A stretch of 42,694 nt of DNA from Octopus sinensis. Its lineage: Eukaryota. Of the stretch, positions 1 to 11,812 are shown in pieces (position 1 is the stretch's first letter; every line of letters begins with the position of its first letter). A model generated the notes under the pieces. It saw nothing but the letters and a program-made list of their open reading frames with translations. It was not told the origin of the DNA and ran no database searches. The translations under genes were made by a program, and so were the position numbers. The stretch lies in the NCBI RefSeq assembly GCF_006345805.1, contig NW_021835129.1, forward strand, positions 1 through 42,694, written 5' to 3'.

Positions 1-728
1 CAAAGAGTACTTTGTAAAGATTTTGAGGGAGTTCGCGGAGAGATTTCGTTATAAAATGCCAGAGCTCTTCCGCTCGGATCGGTAAATCTGCACCAGGACA
101 AAGCAACAATCCGCAGTTCAATCCTGGTAACCAACTACTTGACAGACGTGGGCATCAAAACTGCCCCTTGCCCACACCACCTCCTCTCCTACAATCCAGC
201 CCTTGCTAGAAAGGGACTTAACTGATATTTGGTTTGTAAACAATGGTGAATTTCTCCGCCGTGAAAATTGTTAGAAGTTATGGCTCAAAATTATTTACCC
301 CTATTCGCGGGTGCCTCGGGGAAAAATAATTTGACGAAAATACAGCTAGGATCGTGACGAATGTCCTCCTAAAATTTGAGCGACATGCATGCTAATTTGT
401 GGATCTGCATAAACTACATTCACGTACACACACACACACACCTACAATCCAGCCCTTGCTTCTTGTGACCTATGGTTGTTCCCCAAGCTGAAAGAAAATC
501 TCAGAGGCAGTTGTCTTCAAGGCATAGAGAAGATGAAGGAATCTGCGACCAGGGTCTTGGACACCTTCAGTTTGGAGGACTTCCCAAAGTGTCCGAAACG
601 CCCCAGCAAGTATACTGAAGTCAAAGGACCCTAGTTTTGAAAGAGATTGGGGTTTTGTATTTTTTACACTTCCTTCGAATTAATAGATGACTTTCCTAAA
701 AAAAAGTCTGAAAACTTCTAGAATGCAT

Positions 729-729
<1 letters not shown>
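1..729 (+). pseudogene. Decayed mariner (Tc1/mariner) transposase C-terminal half plus probable right end, interrupted at 208-440
   Basis: Manual translation gives KEYFVKILREFAERFRYKMPELF..LHQDKA..SILVTNYLTDVGIKT.. and, after the insert, YNPALASCDLWLFPKLKENLRG. These match the mariner HQDNAP and YSPDLAPCDFWLFPKLK motifs. Stops and frameshifts are present. Confidence 0.85.
208..440. mobile_element. Unclassified 233-bp insertion with (CA)n end and 20-bp target-site duplication
   Basis: cctacaatccagcccttgct occurs at 188-207 and 441-460; the mariner reading resumes across it. Confidence 0.75.
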
Positions 730-791
<62 letters not shown>

Positions 792-809
792 ATTCTTTTA
801 TTCTTTTAT

Positions 810-970
810 TCTTTTACTTGTTTCAGTCATTTGACTGTGGCCATGCCGGAGCTCCGCCTTTTAGTCGAAGAAATCGACCCCAGGACATATTCTTTGTGAG
901 CCTATATTATCGGTCTCTGTTGCCGAATCGCTAAATTTCGGAGACGTAAACACACCAACAGCGGTTGTCA
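810..970 (-). mobile_element. SINE family A, 3' fragment
   Basis: Matches the tail of the full copies (ttacttgtttcagtcatttgactg..gccgaa..gtaaacacacca). Confidence 0.85.
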
Positions 971-1349
971 CATATATATGTACACACACACACATACAAG
1001 ATGCATTCTAGAAGTTATCAGACTTTTTTTTAGGAGTCATCTATTAATTCGAAGGAAGTGTAAAAATACAAAACCCTAATCTCTTTCAAAACTAGGGTCC
1101 TTTGACTTCAGTATACTTACTGGGGCGTTTCGGATACATTGGGAAGTCCACCAAACTGAATACCTGCCGCTAGGCTCCAGCATGCAGCCCCAGCAAGTTG
1201 TCACGTGACGCTGTCTCACCTTAACTGACCAGTGAAGGCGCGTAGTCTTAGCCCGCGCATTCTCTAAACGACCGTCACCTGTCAGTCAGGGAAGCTTATT
1301 CAGGTGTCAGCTTGTCTCACCTTGTCTGGGACTAATGTACCAACGCCCA

Positions 1350-2171
1350 CAAAAAAGCTTTTGAAGCTGTGGACAGAACATAAGAGACATTAGAAATTGC
1401 ATTTCCATAAAAGGAAATGCCAGTATTATTGTCAGGAGACTTCTGAGAAACACCACCAGTTGTTACAAGAGGAACAGAAATAGAAAAGCCCAATGTTTCA
1501 ATAAAGTCTTCTGTATTATGGCATCATGTGAAAATACTTGAACTTTCGACAAATATGAGATTGAGGCTTTTAAGAGATCAATCAACTGAATTATTTGCAG
1601 AGCAGCTTTTGAAACTCAGTGAAAGGAGGTGTTCCAATTGATGAAGAACAGTCTCTTACACTCAATCCAATTCAGCTGATTCCGTCGATGGTTTGGTGGC
1701 TGAAATTTTTCCAAATCTTCCTCGGAATTACAACAATACAGATTGGATCTGTGAGCGAGCTACCCTGGCTCCAAAACATGTTGTTGTAAATAGCATTAAT
1801 GATATGCTATTGAATAAACTTCTGGGAGAAGTATTCACTTATAACTCAATTGACAGTGTTGTTGTTGATCAGGATAGGGTTAACTACCACACTCGAATAC
1901 TGTTTTCATTCTGAAAATTCCACTAAACCCAACAGACTGCTCCTACCCTATGCAGAGACTTCAGTTCCCTCTTAAACTCACTTTTGCCATGACAGTTAAC
2001 AAAGTACAAGGTCAGTTGCTGAAAGTTGTCAGATTGGAACTTCGAATGTCGTGCTTTTCACATGGACACTTCTACGCCAGTTGTTCCAGAGTTGACCATT
2101 CAGACAACTTATTCATCTATGGTCCTGAAGGAAAAACCAAAAATGTCGTCTACAAAGCAGCCCTACAGTAG
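1350..2171 (+). pseudogene. Helitron Pif1-like helicase fragment, degraded
   Basis: FEAVDRT..RDIR, VLLSGDF, DWICERATLAPK..VNSIN, and RLQFPLKLTFAMTVNKVQGQ..FSHGHFYASCSRV..GKTKNVVYKAAL are Pif1/Helitron helicase motifs, spread over several frames. Confidence 0.9.
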
Positions 2172-2354
2172 TTATTCCTCTCCTGAAATCTTCACTTCTA
2201 TGCCGAGCTGTTAGCTGTTATCTATCAGACTTCCTGCAAGCATTTCATTGACATTCTGCTTCATTTCCCAGTACATTTACCTTCAATGCCCCTTCTTCAC
2301 GCGCGCTGTCCGCTCATAAGCATGCTCTGGCATTCATTTTCGTAAATGCCATTA

Positions 2355-2563
2355 TTCTTTACTCTTTTACTTCTTTCAGTCATTTGACTGCGGCCATGCT
2401 GGAGCACCGCCTTTAGTCGAGCAAATCGACCCCGGGACTTATTCTTTTGTAAGCCCAGTACTTATTCTATCGGTCTCTTTTGCCGAACCGCTAAGTTACG
2501 GGGACGTAAACACACCAGCATCGGTTGCCAAGCAGTGCTAGGGGGACAAACACAGACACACAA

Positions 2564-2632
<69 letters not shown>

Positions 2633-2797
2633 TACGACATGCTTCTTTCAGTTTCCGTCTACCAAATCCACTCACAAGGCATTGGTCGGCCCGGGGCTAT
2701 AGCAGGAGGCACTTGCCCAAGGTGCCACGCAGTGGTACTGAACCCGGAACCATGTGGTTGGTAAGCAAGCTACTTACCACACAGCCACTCCTGCGCC
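2355..2797 (-). mobile_element. SINE family A, full length (tRNA-derived, CORE-like)
   Basis: Minus strand starts ggcgcaggagTGGCTGTGTGG (A-box-like) ... GGTTCAGTACC (B-box-like), followed by ccttgggcaagt. It has an internal (TA)/(CA) tract and more than 10 related copies in the window. Confidence 0.9.
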
Positions 2798-2905
2798 TAT
2801 TCTATTTGTGTGTTTGTTATAAATGTTTGCTTTTCTTTATCATACATGCCTTTCATTGAAAAAAAATGCTTCAATGTGGTTGTCTCCGGCATTATGAGAA
2901 AAATA

Positions 2906-4198
2906 TTAGGTTGTCAAGAAAGTTCTTGCGGCTTTTAACCTTTAAATTCAGATGATACACATATCTTGGCTCAGACAGAACTTTATAAATCGAAATAAAT
3001 ACCATCAGAATCAACACACTTTTGCCAACGCGAAACAAGTTTATTTATGCCAGTAGCGTAAAAATCCTGCGTTTTGGTGTCGATGAAGTCGTTGAAGGCG
3101 TGTTTGGCATCGTCTTGGTTTTTCAAGCATTTCTCATGCAGGAAGTTGTCGAGATGCTTGAAAAAGTGGTAGTCGGTAGGCGAGAAGTCTGGTGAGTATA
3201 ATGGATGAGGCAGAGTTTCGTAACCCAATTCGTTCAACTTCTGCAGGGTCAGTTGTGCGACTTGCGGCCGAACATTGTTGTGGGGAAGAATTTGTCCTTT
3301 TCTATTGACCAATGCTGGCTGTTGTCGGAGTTTCTTATGCATTTCATCCATTTACTGACAGTACTTCTCCGCCATAATGGTTTCCCCTGGATCCAAAAAG
3401 CTGTGATGGATGAGACCGGCCGCAGGCCACCAAACAGTCACCATGACCTTCTTTTGGTGCAACTTTGGCTTCGGGAAATGCCGTAGAGCTTCGTCGGCGT
3501 CCAACCACTGAGCTGAGCATCGCCGGTTGTCGTAAAGAATCCACTTTTCATCGCAGGTCACAATCCGGTCGAGAAACAGGTCGTTCTTGTTGCATAATAG
3601 AAGGGATGACAACACTCCGAAACGGCTTTTTTTTTTTTGTTGTCGTTCAATTTGTGTGACACCCATTTCTAAAGTATTTTTGTTTTTCCAATCTCCTTCA
3701 AGTGGTTGGAAATTGTCGTATACGTTACGTCTAATTCAGAAGCAAGCTCTCGAACAGTTGTGCGTGGATTGTCTTCCACTAAGGCTCTTAGTTGATCGTT
3801 GTCAATATCCGATGGCGACCACTACGCTTACCATCTTCAAGACTCTCGACACCGCTACGAAATTTCTTAAACCATCATTGTGCTGTACGTTTATTAGTGG
3901 CTCTTGGGCGAAATGCATCGTTGATATCGTGAGCTATTCCAGCAGCTTTTTGGCCTAGCTTGAACTGGAATAAGAAAATAGTGCGAATTTGCTTTTTGTC
4001 CATGTTGTATTCAACATTCCTGAAAAAATGGCCTAATTATTCAAAAAGAAAAAGTGTAAAACGATTAGATAGAGCGAAAAACGGGCTTTAAAATGATATA
4101 TATATATATAATCAAAGTAATTTAACGAAAATTGATTTGAAAATACATCATTTAAAACCAAAATTTAAAATTCCGCAAGAACTTTCTTGACAACCTAA
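2906..4198 (-). mobile_element. Full-length mariner element (1293 bp), Hsmar1/cecropia-like
   Basis: Perfect 26-bp TIRs ttaggttgtcaagaaagttcttgcgg (2906-2931 and 4173-4198), each flanked by TA. Confidence 0.95.
2983..4003 (-). pseudogene. Mariner DD34D transposase pseudogene
   Basis: MDKKQIRTIFLFQFKLG start, [22 protein letters not shown] and YSPDFSPTDYHFFKHLDNFL motifs. It has internal stops, a frameshift near the poly-T at ~3627-3638, and HDN changed to HNN. Confidence 0.93.
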
Positions 4199-4853
4199 TA
4201 ACTACAAGATGCAAAACGCTTCAAGTAAGATATAGGATCCCTAAATACCTACTGCAGTTGCGATCTCATTTCATAGACTTTCAAATTTGTGTGACACCCA
4301 TTTCTAAAGTATTTTTGTCATTCCAATCTCTTTCGTCTAATTCAGAAGCAAGCTCTCGAACAGTTGTGCGTGGATTGTCTTCTTAGTTGATCGTTGTCAA
4401 CATCCGATAGCCGACCACTACGCTTATCATCTTCAAGACTCTCCATTTGCTAACAGTACTTCTCCGCCGTAATGGTTCCCCCTGGACCCAAAAAGCTGTG
4501 ATAGATGAGACCGTCCGCAGACCAACAAACAGTCACCAAATTTGTGCTCAAAACAATTTATTCATTACCTGAGTTGCTTAATACCATATCATAAACTGCT
4601 AACGAAAATGCTTTTTATACATTTTACGCTTATCAACTTGAAACGACTTCTAACTGCGGGCTAATTCAACTTGAACCGAGTGAGATAATTCGCTGCCGTA
4701 CTTTTATTCACTGCTGCTTTATTTTGGTTTGGCGCGTTTGGTTGAAGAGATTTGGATTGAATTCACGATGTTTAACGAAAACACTCGATGTGTACGTGTG
4801 TCCTTTCGGATATGGTTTGTATCTGAGTTTCATACATTATACAACTCCAGAAG

Positions 4854-4902
4854 TTTCTACTGAAGATCCACAAATTAATGGCGAAACATCGAAGTATAGA
4901 AA
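4854..4902 (+). ncRNA. Type I hammerhead ribozyme-like motif (stem II closing pair mismatched)
   Basis: tttcta-CTGAAGA-tcca(caaattaa)tggc-GAAA-catcgaag-TA-tagaaa, with a 6-bp stem I. Confidence 0.6.
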
Positions 4903-5066
4903 TAACTGGTCATTTCATTTTTTCATATTGTCTTTGCCCCCACCCCCACATTCAACGTGCTATAAATAAGAATGTCTTCTTCGTGGTTTGGGGATTTGAC
5001 ATCTCTTTTCAGCATGTAAAGAGACCACGTAGTGGTTCTCCACTTAGTGTGTATTTTATACGTACG

Positions 5067-5142
<76 letters not shown>
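5067..5142. repeat. (TA)n microsatellite, one of many (also ~5630-5700, 6305-6347, 7200-7260, 31897-31996)
   Basis: Seen directly in the sequence. Confidence 0.98.
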
Positions 5143-5145
<3 letters not shown>

Positions 5146-5640
5146 AAATAAGCAACAAGAATGACTCCGGTAATTTGGTACGATCGTTTCGTACTACATC
5201 ATTTTATTAGTAAATATGGTTTTCTCTTTTAACTATAAGACCTCTCTTATTCGATAAGTAATTTTATAAGATTTTCTAAACGATGAACCTTTATTTTATT
5301 TTACATTATATATTATATATTTTTATATGCTTCCTATATTTATATATTTTTATACATCTATATATATATTACTTTATACTATATGTTTACGTCTTACATT
5401 CTAGGCGTTGTAATATATTTTTCTTAATCGCTAAAGTATTAACTTTTAACCGTGATGACCTGTATTCACATATATTCACACATTTTTTCTCGCACTTTCT
5501 TATATGCTTGTGCAGATGAATTATATTCCATCTTCCGTGATGTCTAAATGTATTTTCTATGATTAAATGTTCGAGTTATGAAATGTTATTGGATGACCTT
5601 GCATTTGTTGTTCTATAACTTTAGTTTGATATATATATAC

Positions 5641-5749
<109 letters not shown>

Positions 5750-6054
5750 AAATATTCTCTGTCTTTCTCACTTTGCACCTCACTGACCCTGCCTTTCTGT
5801 CGTCAAGCCAATCCTTGGCATGCTCTCTTTCTTCTCCCCTCCTTAATTCCTTCTTTCTCTCTCTTCTCCCCCTCATTGGTGCCTTTTTTCTCTCTCTTCT
5901 CCTCTCACGTGACCGCCAGTCAACTAGCCTTTCGGCTTCCTAGCACTGCCACGACAACATCGATTTATTTTCCAAATACGCCAGCTAAGCTAAGTTGAAT
6001 TGTCTAAAGTCGAAAGACGCCTGTTGTTCTTGTCCTGTTATTATTATTATTGTT

Positions 6055-6302
6055 TTTTGTATTTATATTCGTGTAGCATCGTCCGTTTTTCTGTCCTTGT
6101 TTCGTATACATTCGATCCTTTTTCCAAGAAATCTAATGCCCGTAGCTTAGTTTTTCCTTGGGGCTGGCCGGATCGGAGCCATCTCAAGATTAATCAGCCG
6201 ATATTGCGAGGTTGATCCGGTTCTCGACTGAAGATTAGAGGCTTCGAATGACCCACCGTTTTTTTGTGTCGTCTCTTTGAATGTTTTGTTCTTGTCCCAT
6301 TT

Positions 6303-6305
<3 letters not shown>
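6055..6305. repeat. Unclassified interspersed repeat, second copy at ~23233-23470
   Basis: Shared tattcgtgta.catcgtccgttttt..ggggctggcc..cggttct.gactgaagatt..ggcttcgaatg; both copies end at a TA tract. Confidence 0.8.
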
Positions 6306-6349
<44 letters not shown>

Positions 6350-6409
6350 CTTAGATATGTTTCGACCAGAGATTGGTCCAGGCCATGTCTAACTTAATAG
6401 CACCACCTG

Positions 6410-7197
6410 ATAGGATTATTCGAATCCTGTTTTTTAAGTCAAGTTTTGTTCAAGTAGTGAGTTCTTGTTGGGTGAGTTGTATCCAATATGGGTGGCTTAT
6501 CTGGTATTCTTTGAAGGAATCTATCCAGACTCTGTTTAAAGTTGATGGGATCCTTTTCCTCTTTGATCTCCCTCGGGACAATGTTAAATAGGGCGGGGCC
6601 TGTTGAGGAAAGAAATTATGTTGCAGTGTACATGTATGTTGTGATCTTGAATTGGAATTTTATATATATATTATATTGTGTGAAATTTGATTTAGTATTT
6701 CTAAATTGAATTTTTTTCCTTGTAAGTTTGGATTTTATTCCTTCATAAGTTTGGATTTTATTCCTTCAAATAATAATTATATATATATAATGGTGGTCCA
6801 AGTCTTGGATGAACCTTGAAGCTAATTTTTAGGTCGTTTGGGCAAAGTTGGCGGTATATTTTCCACATCGTACAAATGATGTACCGCTCACGGCGACGCT
6901 GGAGGGAGTAAAGTTTCAATGCTTTAAGGCGATCCCAATAATCGAGAGCAGCCATGCCTTCAATTTGTTTAGTGAGAGCCCTCTGGGGTGACTCAATTCT
7001 GGAGATGTTTTGTCTTGTGTGAGGAGACCACAGTGGGCAGCAGTATTCAGGTGTGGCCGTACAAAGGAGGAAAAAAGTGGTATGATGACACCTTGTTCTC
7101 TGGACCGGAAAGTTCTTAAGATCCAGGAACTCATCCTACGAGCTATATCGACCTTCTTGTTGATGTGTACACTCCAACTGAGATCGTCATCAACAAT

Positions 7198-7199
<2 letters not shown>
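6410..7199 (-). mobile_element. CR1/Jockey-group LINE fragment (RT C-terminus), interrupted at ~6660-6790
   Basis: SSWILRTFRSRE..LFSSFVRPHL and LDYWDRLKALKLYSLQRRRERY, frameshifted. Confidence 0.8.
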
Positions 7200-7250
<51 letters not shown>

Positions 7251-7669
7251 AATATATATATAATTATTATTTGAAGGAATAAAATCCAAACTTACAAGGA
7301 AAAAAATTCAATTTAGAAATACTAAATCAAATTTCACACAATATATATATATATAAAAAATTAGAAAAAAAAACACCTTTTATAAATTCAAAACGAATAA
7401 TTAAATTACACCATCTAGAAAATTACATATAATAGAAATAATAAAATTAAAATAACAATAAAACGTCAATGATTAAGTAAACGTATATAATTATATACGT
7501 TTTTATTATTTTTTTGCAATTTACTTAATCATTAACGTTTTATTAACTTAATTTTAATATTTCTATTACATGTAATTTTCTAGATGGTGTAATTAATTGT
7601 TCATTTAGAATTTATAAAAGGTCGTTTTTTTCTAAATTTATGTATATATATATATATATATATATATAA

Positions 7670-7832
7670 TTACTTGTTTCAGTCATTTGACTGCGGCCAT
7701 GCTGGAGCACCGCCTTTAATCGAGCAACTCGACCCCGGGACTTATTCTTTTGTAAGCCCAATACTTATTCTATCGGTCTCTTTTGCCGAACCGCTAAGTG
7801 ACAAGGACATAAACACACCAGCAGACACACGC

Positions 7833-7876
<44 letters not shown>

Positions 7877-8371
7877 TACGACAGGCTTCTTTCAGTTTCC
7901 GTCTACCAAATCCACTCACAAGGCGTGGCTGTGTGGTAAGTAGCTTGTTTACCAATTATATTCGCGTTTTAATTTTCTTAAATATTTTTCGTTCTTTTGT
8001 TGTTTTATTTGTTGCGGCCATGCTGGAGCACCGCCTTTAGTCGAGCAAATCGACCCTAGGACTTATTCTTTGTAAGCCTAGTACTTATTCTATCGGTTTC
8101 TCTTGCCGAACCGCTAAATGACGAGGACGTAAACACACCAGCATCGGTTGTCAAGCGATGTTGGAGAGGACAAACACACACACACATACATATATATATA
8201 CATATATACGACGGGCTTCTTTCAGTTTCCGTCTACCAAATCCACTCACAAGGCTTTGGTCAGCCCGAGGCTATAGTAGAAGACACTTGCCCAAGGTTCC
8301 ACGCAGTGGGACTGAACCCGGAACCATGTGGTTGGTTAGCAAGCTACTTACCACACAGCCACCCCTGCGCC
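7670..8371 (-). mobile_element. Two SINE family A copies (partial 7670-7925; near full 8013-8371)
   Basis: High similarity to 2355-2797. Confidence 0.9.
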
Positions 8372-8940
8372 TTTGAAATGCTTCTTTTGAGGTAAGATTC
8401 CAGCAACGTGGGAGCCTTTGTGAGATTGTTTATTTTGCTAGATATAGCAGCCAAAGATGCTTCAGATAGTGACTCATTATATTAAATAGATGCCCAGTGC
8501 GACTGTATTCGAGTGTGTGTATGTGGTGGAGTAGCAAACGAAGCCATAATAACGAAATTATGAAAAGCATTCAAATATGAAGAAGCCGTCTTCTTAAAAC
8601 TGTGCAAAACAACGCTAGAAATAAGAGGAAAATATCTAAACGTCGATGATACATGGGAGACAACTCTTATAAAGCTTTTTATGTAAGTTATCTCCCTTAG
8701 GCTATAGCTTTAAAAAAATTTTTCTCCGTTTTCTCTTTAAAATTTACTGCTTCAAACGCTTCCGGTTTCGAAAAGAGTCGGGTCAAGTGGAGGACTTTAG
8801 GAGGCCGTTTGCTTTGCTAGTTATAGCAGCAAAATATCCCTCAGAGAATACCTGGTATCAATTAAATGCAAGGTACAGAGGATTAATGGGCGGGATTCTG
8901 CGTTCAACACCGCAAATAAGGCTACGAAAGTGAAAAGATC

Positions 8941-9567
8941 CGGTATTTCGTCTGCCGCTACGTTCAGAGTTCAAATTCCGCCGAGGTCGACTTTGCCTTT
9001 CATTTTTTCGGGGTCGATTAAATAAGTACCAGTTACGCACTGGGGTCAATATAATTGACTTAATCCCTTTGTCTGTCCTTGTTTGTCCTCTGTGTTTAGT
9101 CCCTTGTGGGTAGTAAAGAAATAGGTATTTCGTCTGCCGCTACGTTCTGAGTTCAATTTCCGCCGAGGTCGACTTTGCCTTTCATTCTTTCGGGATCGAT
9201 AAATTAATAACCAGTTACGCACTGGTGTCGATATAATCGACTTAATCCGTTTGTCCTCTCTGTGTTTAGCCCCTTGTGGGCGACCTCGGCGGAATTTGAA
9301 CTCAGAACGTAACGGCAGACGAAATACCTATTTCTCTTTCTTTACTACCCACAAGGGGCTAAACACAGAGGGGACAAACAAGGACAGACATAGGTATTAA
9401 GTCGATTACATCGACCCCAGTGCGTAACTGGTACTTAATTTATCGACCCTGAAAGGACGAAAGGCAAAGTCAACCTCGGCGTAATTTGAACCCACAACGT
9501 AACGGCAGACGAAATACCGCTAAGCATTTCGTCCGGCGTGCTATCGATTCTGCCAACTCGCCACCTT
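8941..9567. mobile_element. Cluster of SINE family B: two tandem headless + copies (8941-9280) and a - copy (9281-9567)
   Basis: Repeated ggtatttcgtctgccg.tacgttctgagttcaaattccgccgaggtcgactttgcctttcat..gtaccag with a B-box-like gagttcaaattcc; same family as 17339-17570. Confidence 0.88.
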
Positions 9568-10431
9568 CCGATAAATTAAGTACCAGTGACTCGCTGGTAT
9601 CGATGTAATTGACCATCCCCCCCCCCCCCGCCACGTACGCAATCGGTTGTCCTTTTGCCTTTAGCTGATTGGATAATTACTATAACTCTTTTGTAAAAAA
9701 AATAGGAAAGTAACTGCAGTTGAAAATTTAAACCCGTCTTTCGCCGAATCGTGAATCAGGAAGTTTTGCAGATTGGGTAATGTTAATGGTTATTTATATT
9801 TGCATTTTATAACTGCTACTTTTAGCGATACTTTGAAAAATGAGAGTTTAAGTGTAAGGCGATCACATCGTAGGCTATCTTTTTTTTTTCCTGTAGGCTA
9901 ACATGTTTATCTGGCATCAGTTCCCAACAGGGTCCCATGTAAAACCCTTGCTGTTAAGATTTGTGCATAAGAATTATACTTCTATAATACACAAAATATT
10001 CGGCGATCTTCTAGAAATTTTTTTAAAAATACAATTCCTCATAATATTTAATTCCAAAGCCGGTGCTACTTGAGAACAATGGTCACGGTGCGCGCACTCG
10101 CGTTAGCTAGTTTTCATAATTAGTCGATCCTTACTTTGTGTCTTTTTCTGTTTTATTTACTTTGTTTGGCAGTCATGCCTTTGGTTGCTAGGATGAAAGT
10201 AGAAAAAGCGTGACGTCATTTTGACGTCACACTTTTTCTCGTCCATCTTCGTTTCTTTCCGTATAATTTATCAAATTAAAAAACGCAAAATCAAAAACGC
10301 GTGTAAATATATCAAATTAATAAACGCAAATTATTTAGAATGTAAAAATATTATTTTCAACGGAGAGATTATCAAAATATAAACTTGAAGTTAAGTTTTA
10401 AAATAAATGTGATACTTATACTTTCTATATC

Positions 10432-11812
10432 TCAAACACATGGATATAGCTGTCGAATTTGCTCCATCAACTTTCCGAATATATCGTCCTTAAATTCATA
10501 GCGCCACATGAATTCGATGAGATGGGTCTGAAGTAAATTTCGTGCTGTTCCATTTTCTCTTCTGGGCGATGTTTCGCTTGTCGTAGCACACGTTTCCGTC
10601 GATTTCCGTAAAAAACTTTTATTTTTTTACATAAGTAATGAGAGCGAAAGAGACTAAGAGGAAGCGATTTTATGACGAGGAAATTTCTCTTTGAAGTCCC
10701 CGTGTGTGTGTTTGATGGGGTGTGGGAGACAGACAGTATGTTGTGTAAGTGAAGTGCTTCTGTTCGTGTGTGTGAAGAGACAGAGAGAGTAATGTGTGAA
10801 AGAGAGAGATAACTGAAATTTTTTACTCGGTGTATGTGTATATGTATGTCTGCATGTATGTGTGTGTGTATGTATCTATGTATGTGTGTGTGTATGTATG
10901 TGTGTATGTATGAATGTATGTATGTATGTATGGCCGATTCAGTGTTTACATTTTTTACGGAAATCGACGGAGGAAATCGACAATCGACGGAGGAAATCGA
11001 CGGAAACGTGTGCTACGACAAGCGAAACATCGCCCTCTTTTGTTACGATTCTTCACATGTTTCCATAAACATTCTATGTGGTTGGTTGTGGCAAATGTTA
11101 CCGGATCAACAAAATTTATTGAATGATTCACAGTCAAATGTCTGTATCCTAGCTGATTGAGCGTATTATACGAACGCCAAAGGTCGGAAATTATGGTTGT
11201 ACCAGGCAATATACGCTCTCGTATAATTTGTAAAAGAGTGTCCGCTGTCCGATCTTCCACTGCCACTAATAAACATCTGGTAACTCTTTCTAAAGCACCA
11301 AACACCCACTGCGTTTTAACCCGATGGCCAACATTATATTTTCTTCTAACAAACGCGCTTTCGTCTATCTCTACGATTCGGTTCGGTCCTCCGAGCTTAA
11401 TGTTCTGTGCAACATAATATTCTGCACATATATCACGGCAAAAATTCCTCCAATCTGTCACGGCTACATTTGCTAAATGACATTCCTGTCCTATTCCCTT
11501 GGCTAAATCTTCTTTGGCCCAGTAATACAATATATCTATGATTTGTTGACACTTCAATTTACTATTTTCTAAAAATGTTCCTTTTCTAATTGAAACGGTT
11601 TTTCGACAAGGCCTTCCACACGACCATATTACTTCATCCGATATACTTTTTTTCGCTATTTCACTCATGGTACCTCCACACGATATACATATTTTCTGGG
11701 TATTCAAAAGGCCATGTCTCTTAAGCCAATTAATGCTATCTGCTGTTGTAGCCGTGGCGATGGCAATATCGCGGTGACTAATTCCTCTTAGACTTGGATA
11801 TGCTAAAGCCAT
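10432..11812 (-). CDS. Merlin/ISXO2-like DDE transposase (300 aa once the MITE and one TSD copy are removed)
   Basis: Zn-ribbon CISC..WSCGRPC, VEIDES, GTTIISDLWRSY, VNHSINFVDP and TNHIECLW. Beyond the insert the frame continues ENGTARNLLQTHLIEFMWRYEF..YPCV-stop. Confidence 0.88.
10565..11034. mobile_element. Merlin-type MITE inserted in the transposase
   Basis: TIRs ggcgatgtttcgcttgtcgtagcacacgtttccgtcgatttcc; 8-bp TSD ctcttctg (10557-10564) / ctcttttg (11035-11042). Confidence 0.88.

Noticed and set aside
687-934. VCVCVC/YIYIYI/THTHTH/LSIYLS ORFs here and throughout the window
   Set aside because: Translations of microsatellites.
5172-5215. Further hammerhead half-motifs (also ~6350-6385 and ~6228-6250)
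   Set aside because: Only half of the core is recognisable in each; too degenerate to call.
8158-8376. Recurring ORFs with RLPNPLTRLWSARGYSRRHLPKVPRSGTEPGTMW
   Set aside because: Antisense reading of SINE family A, not a gene family.
9715-9910. Possible 5' UTR exon or promoter of the CARD gene
   Set aside because: Isolated splice-like signals only; cannot be supported without transcripts.
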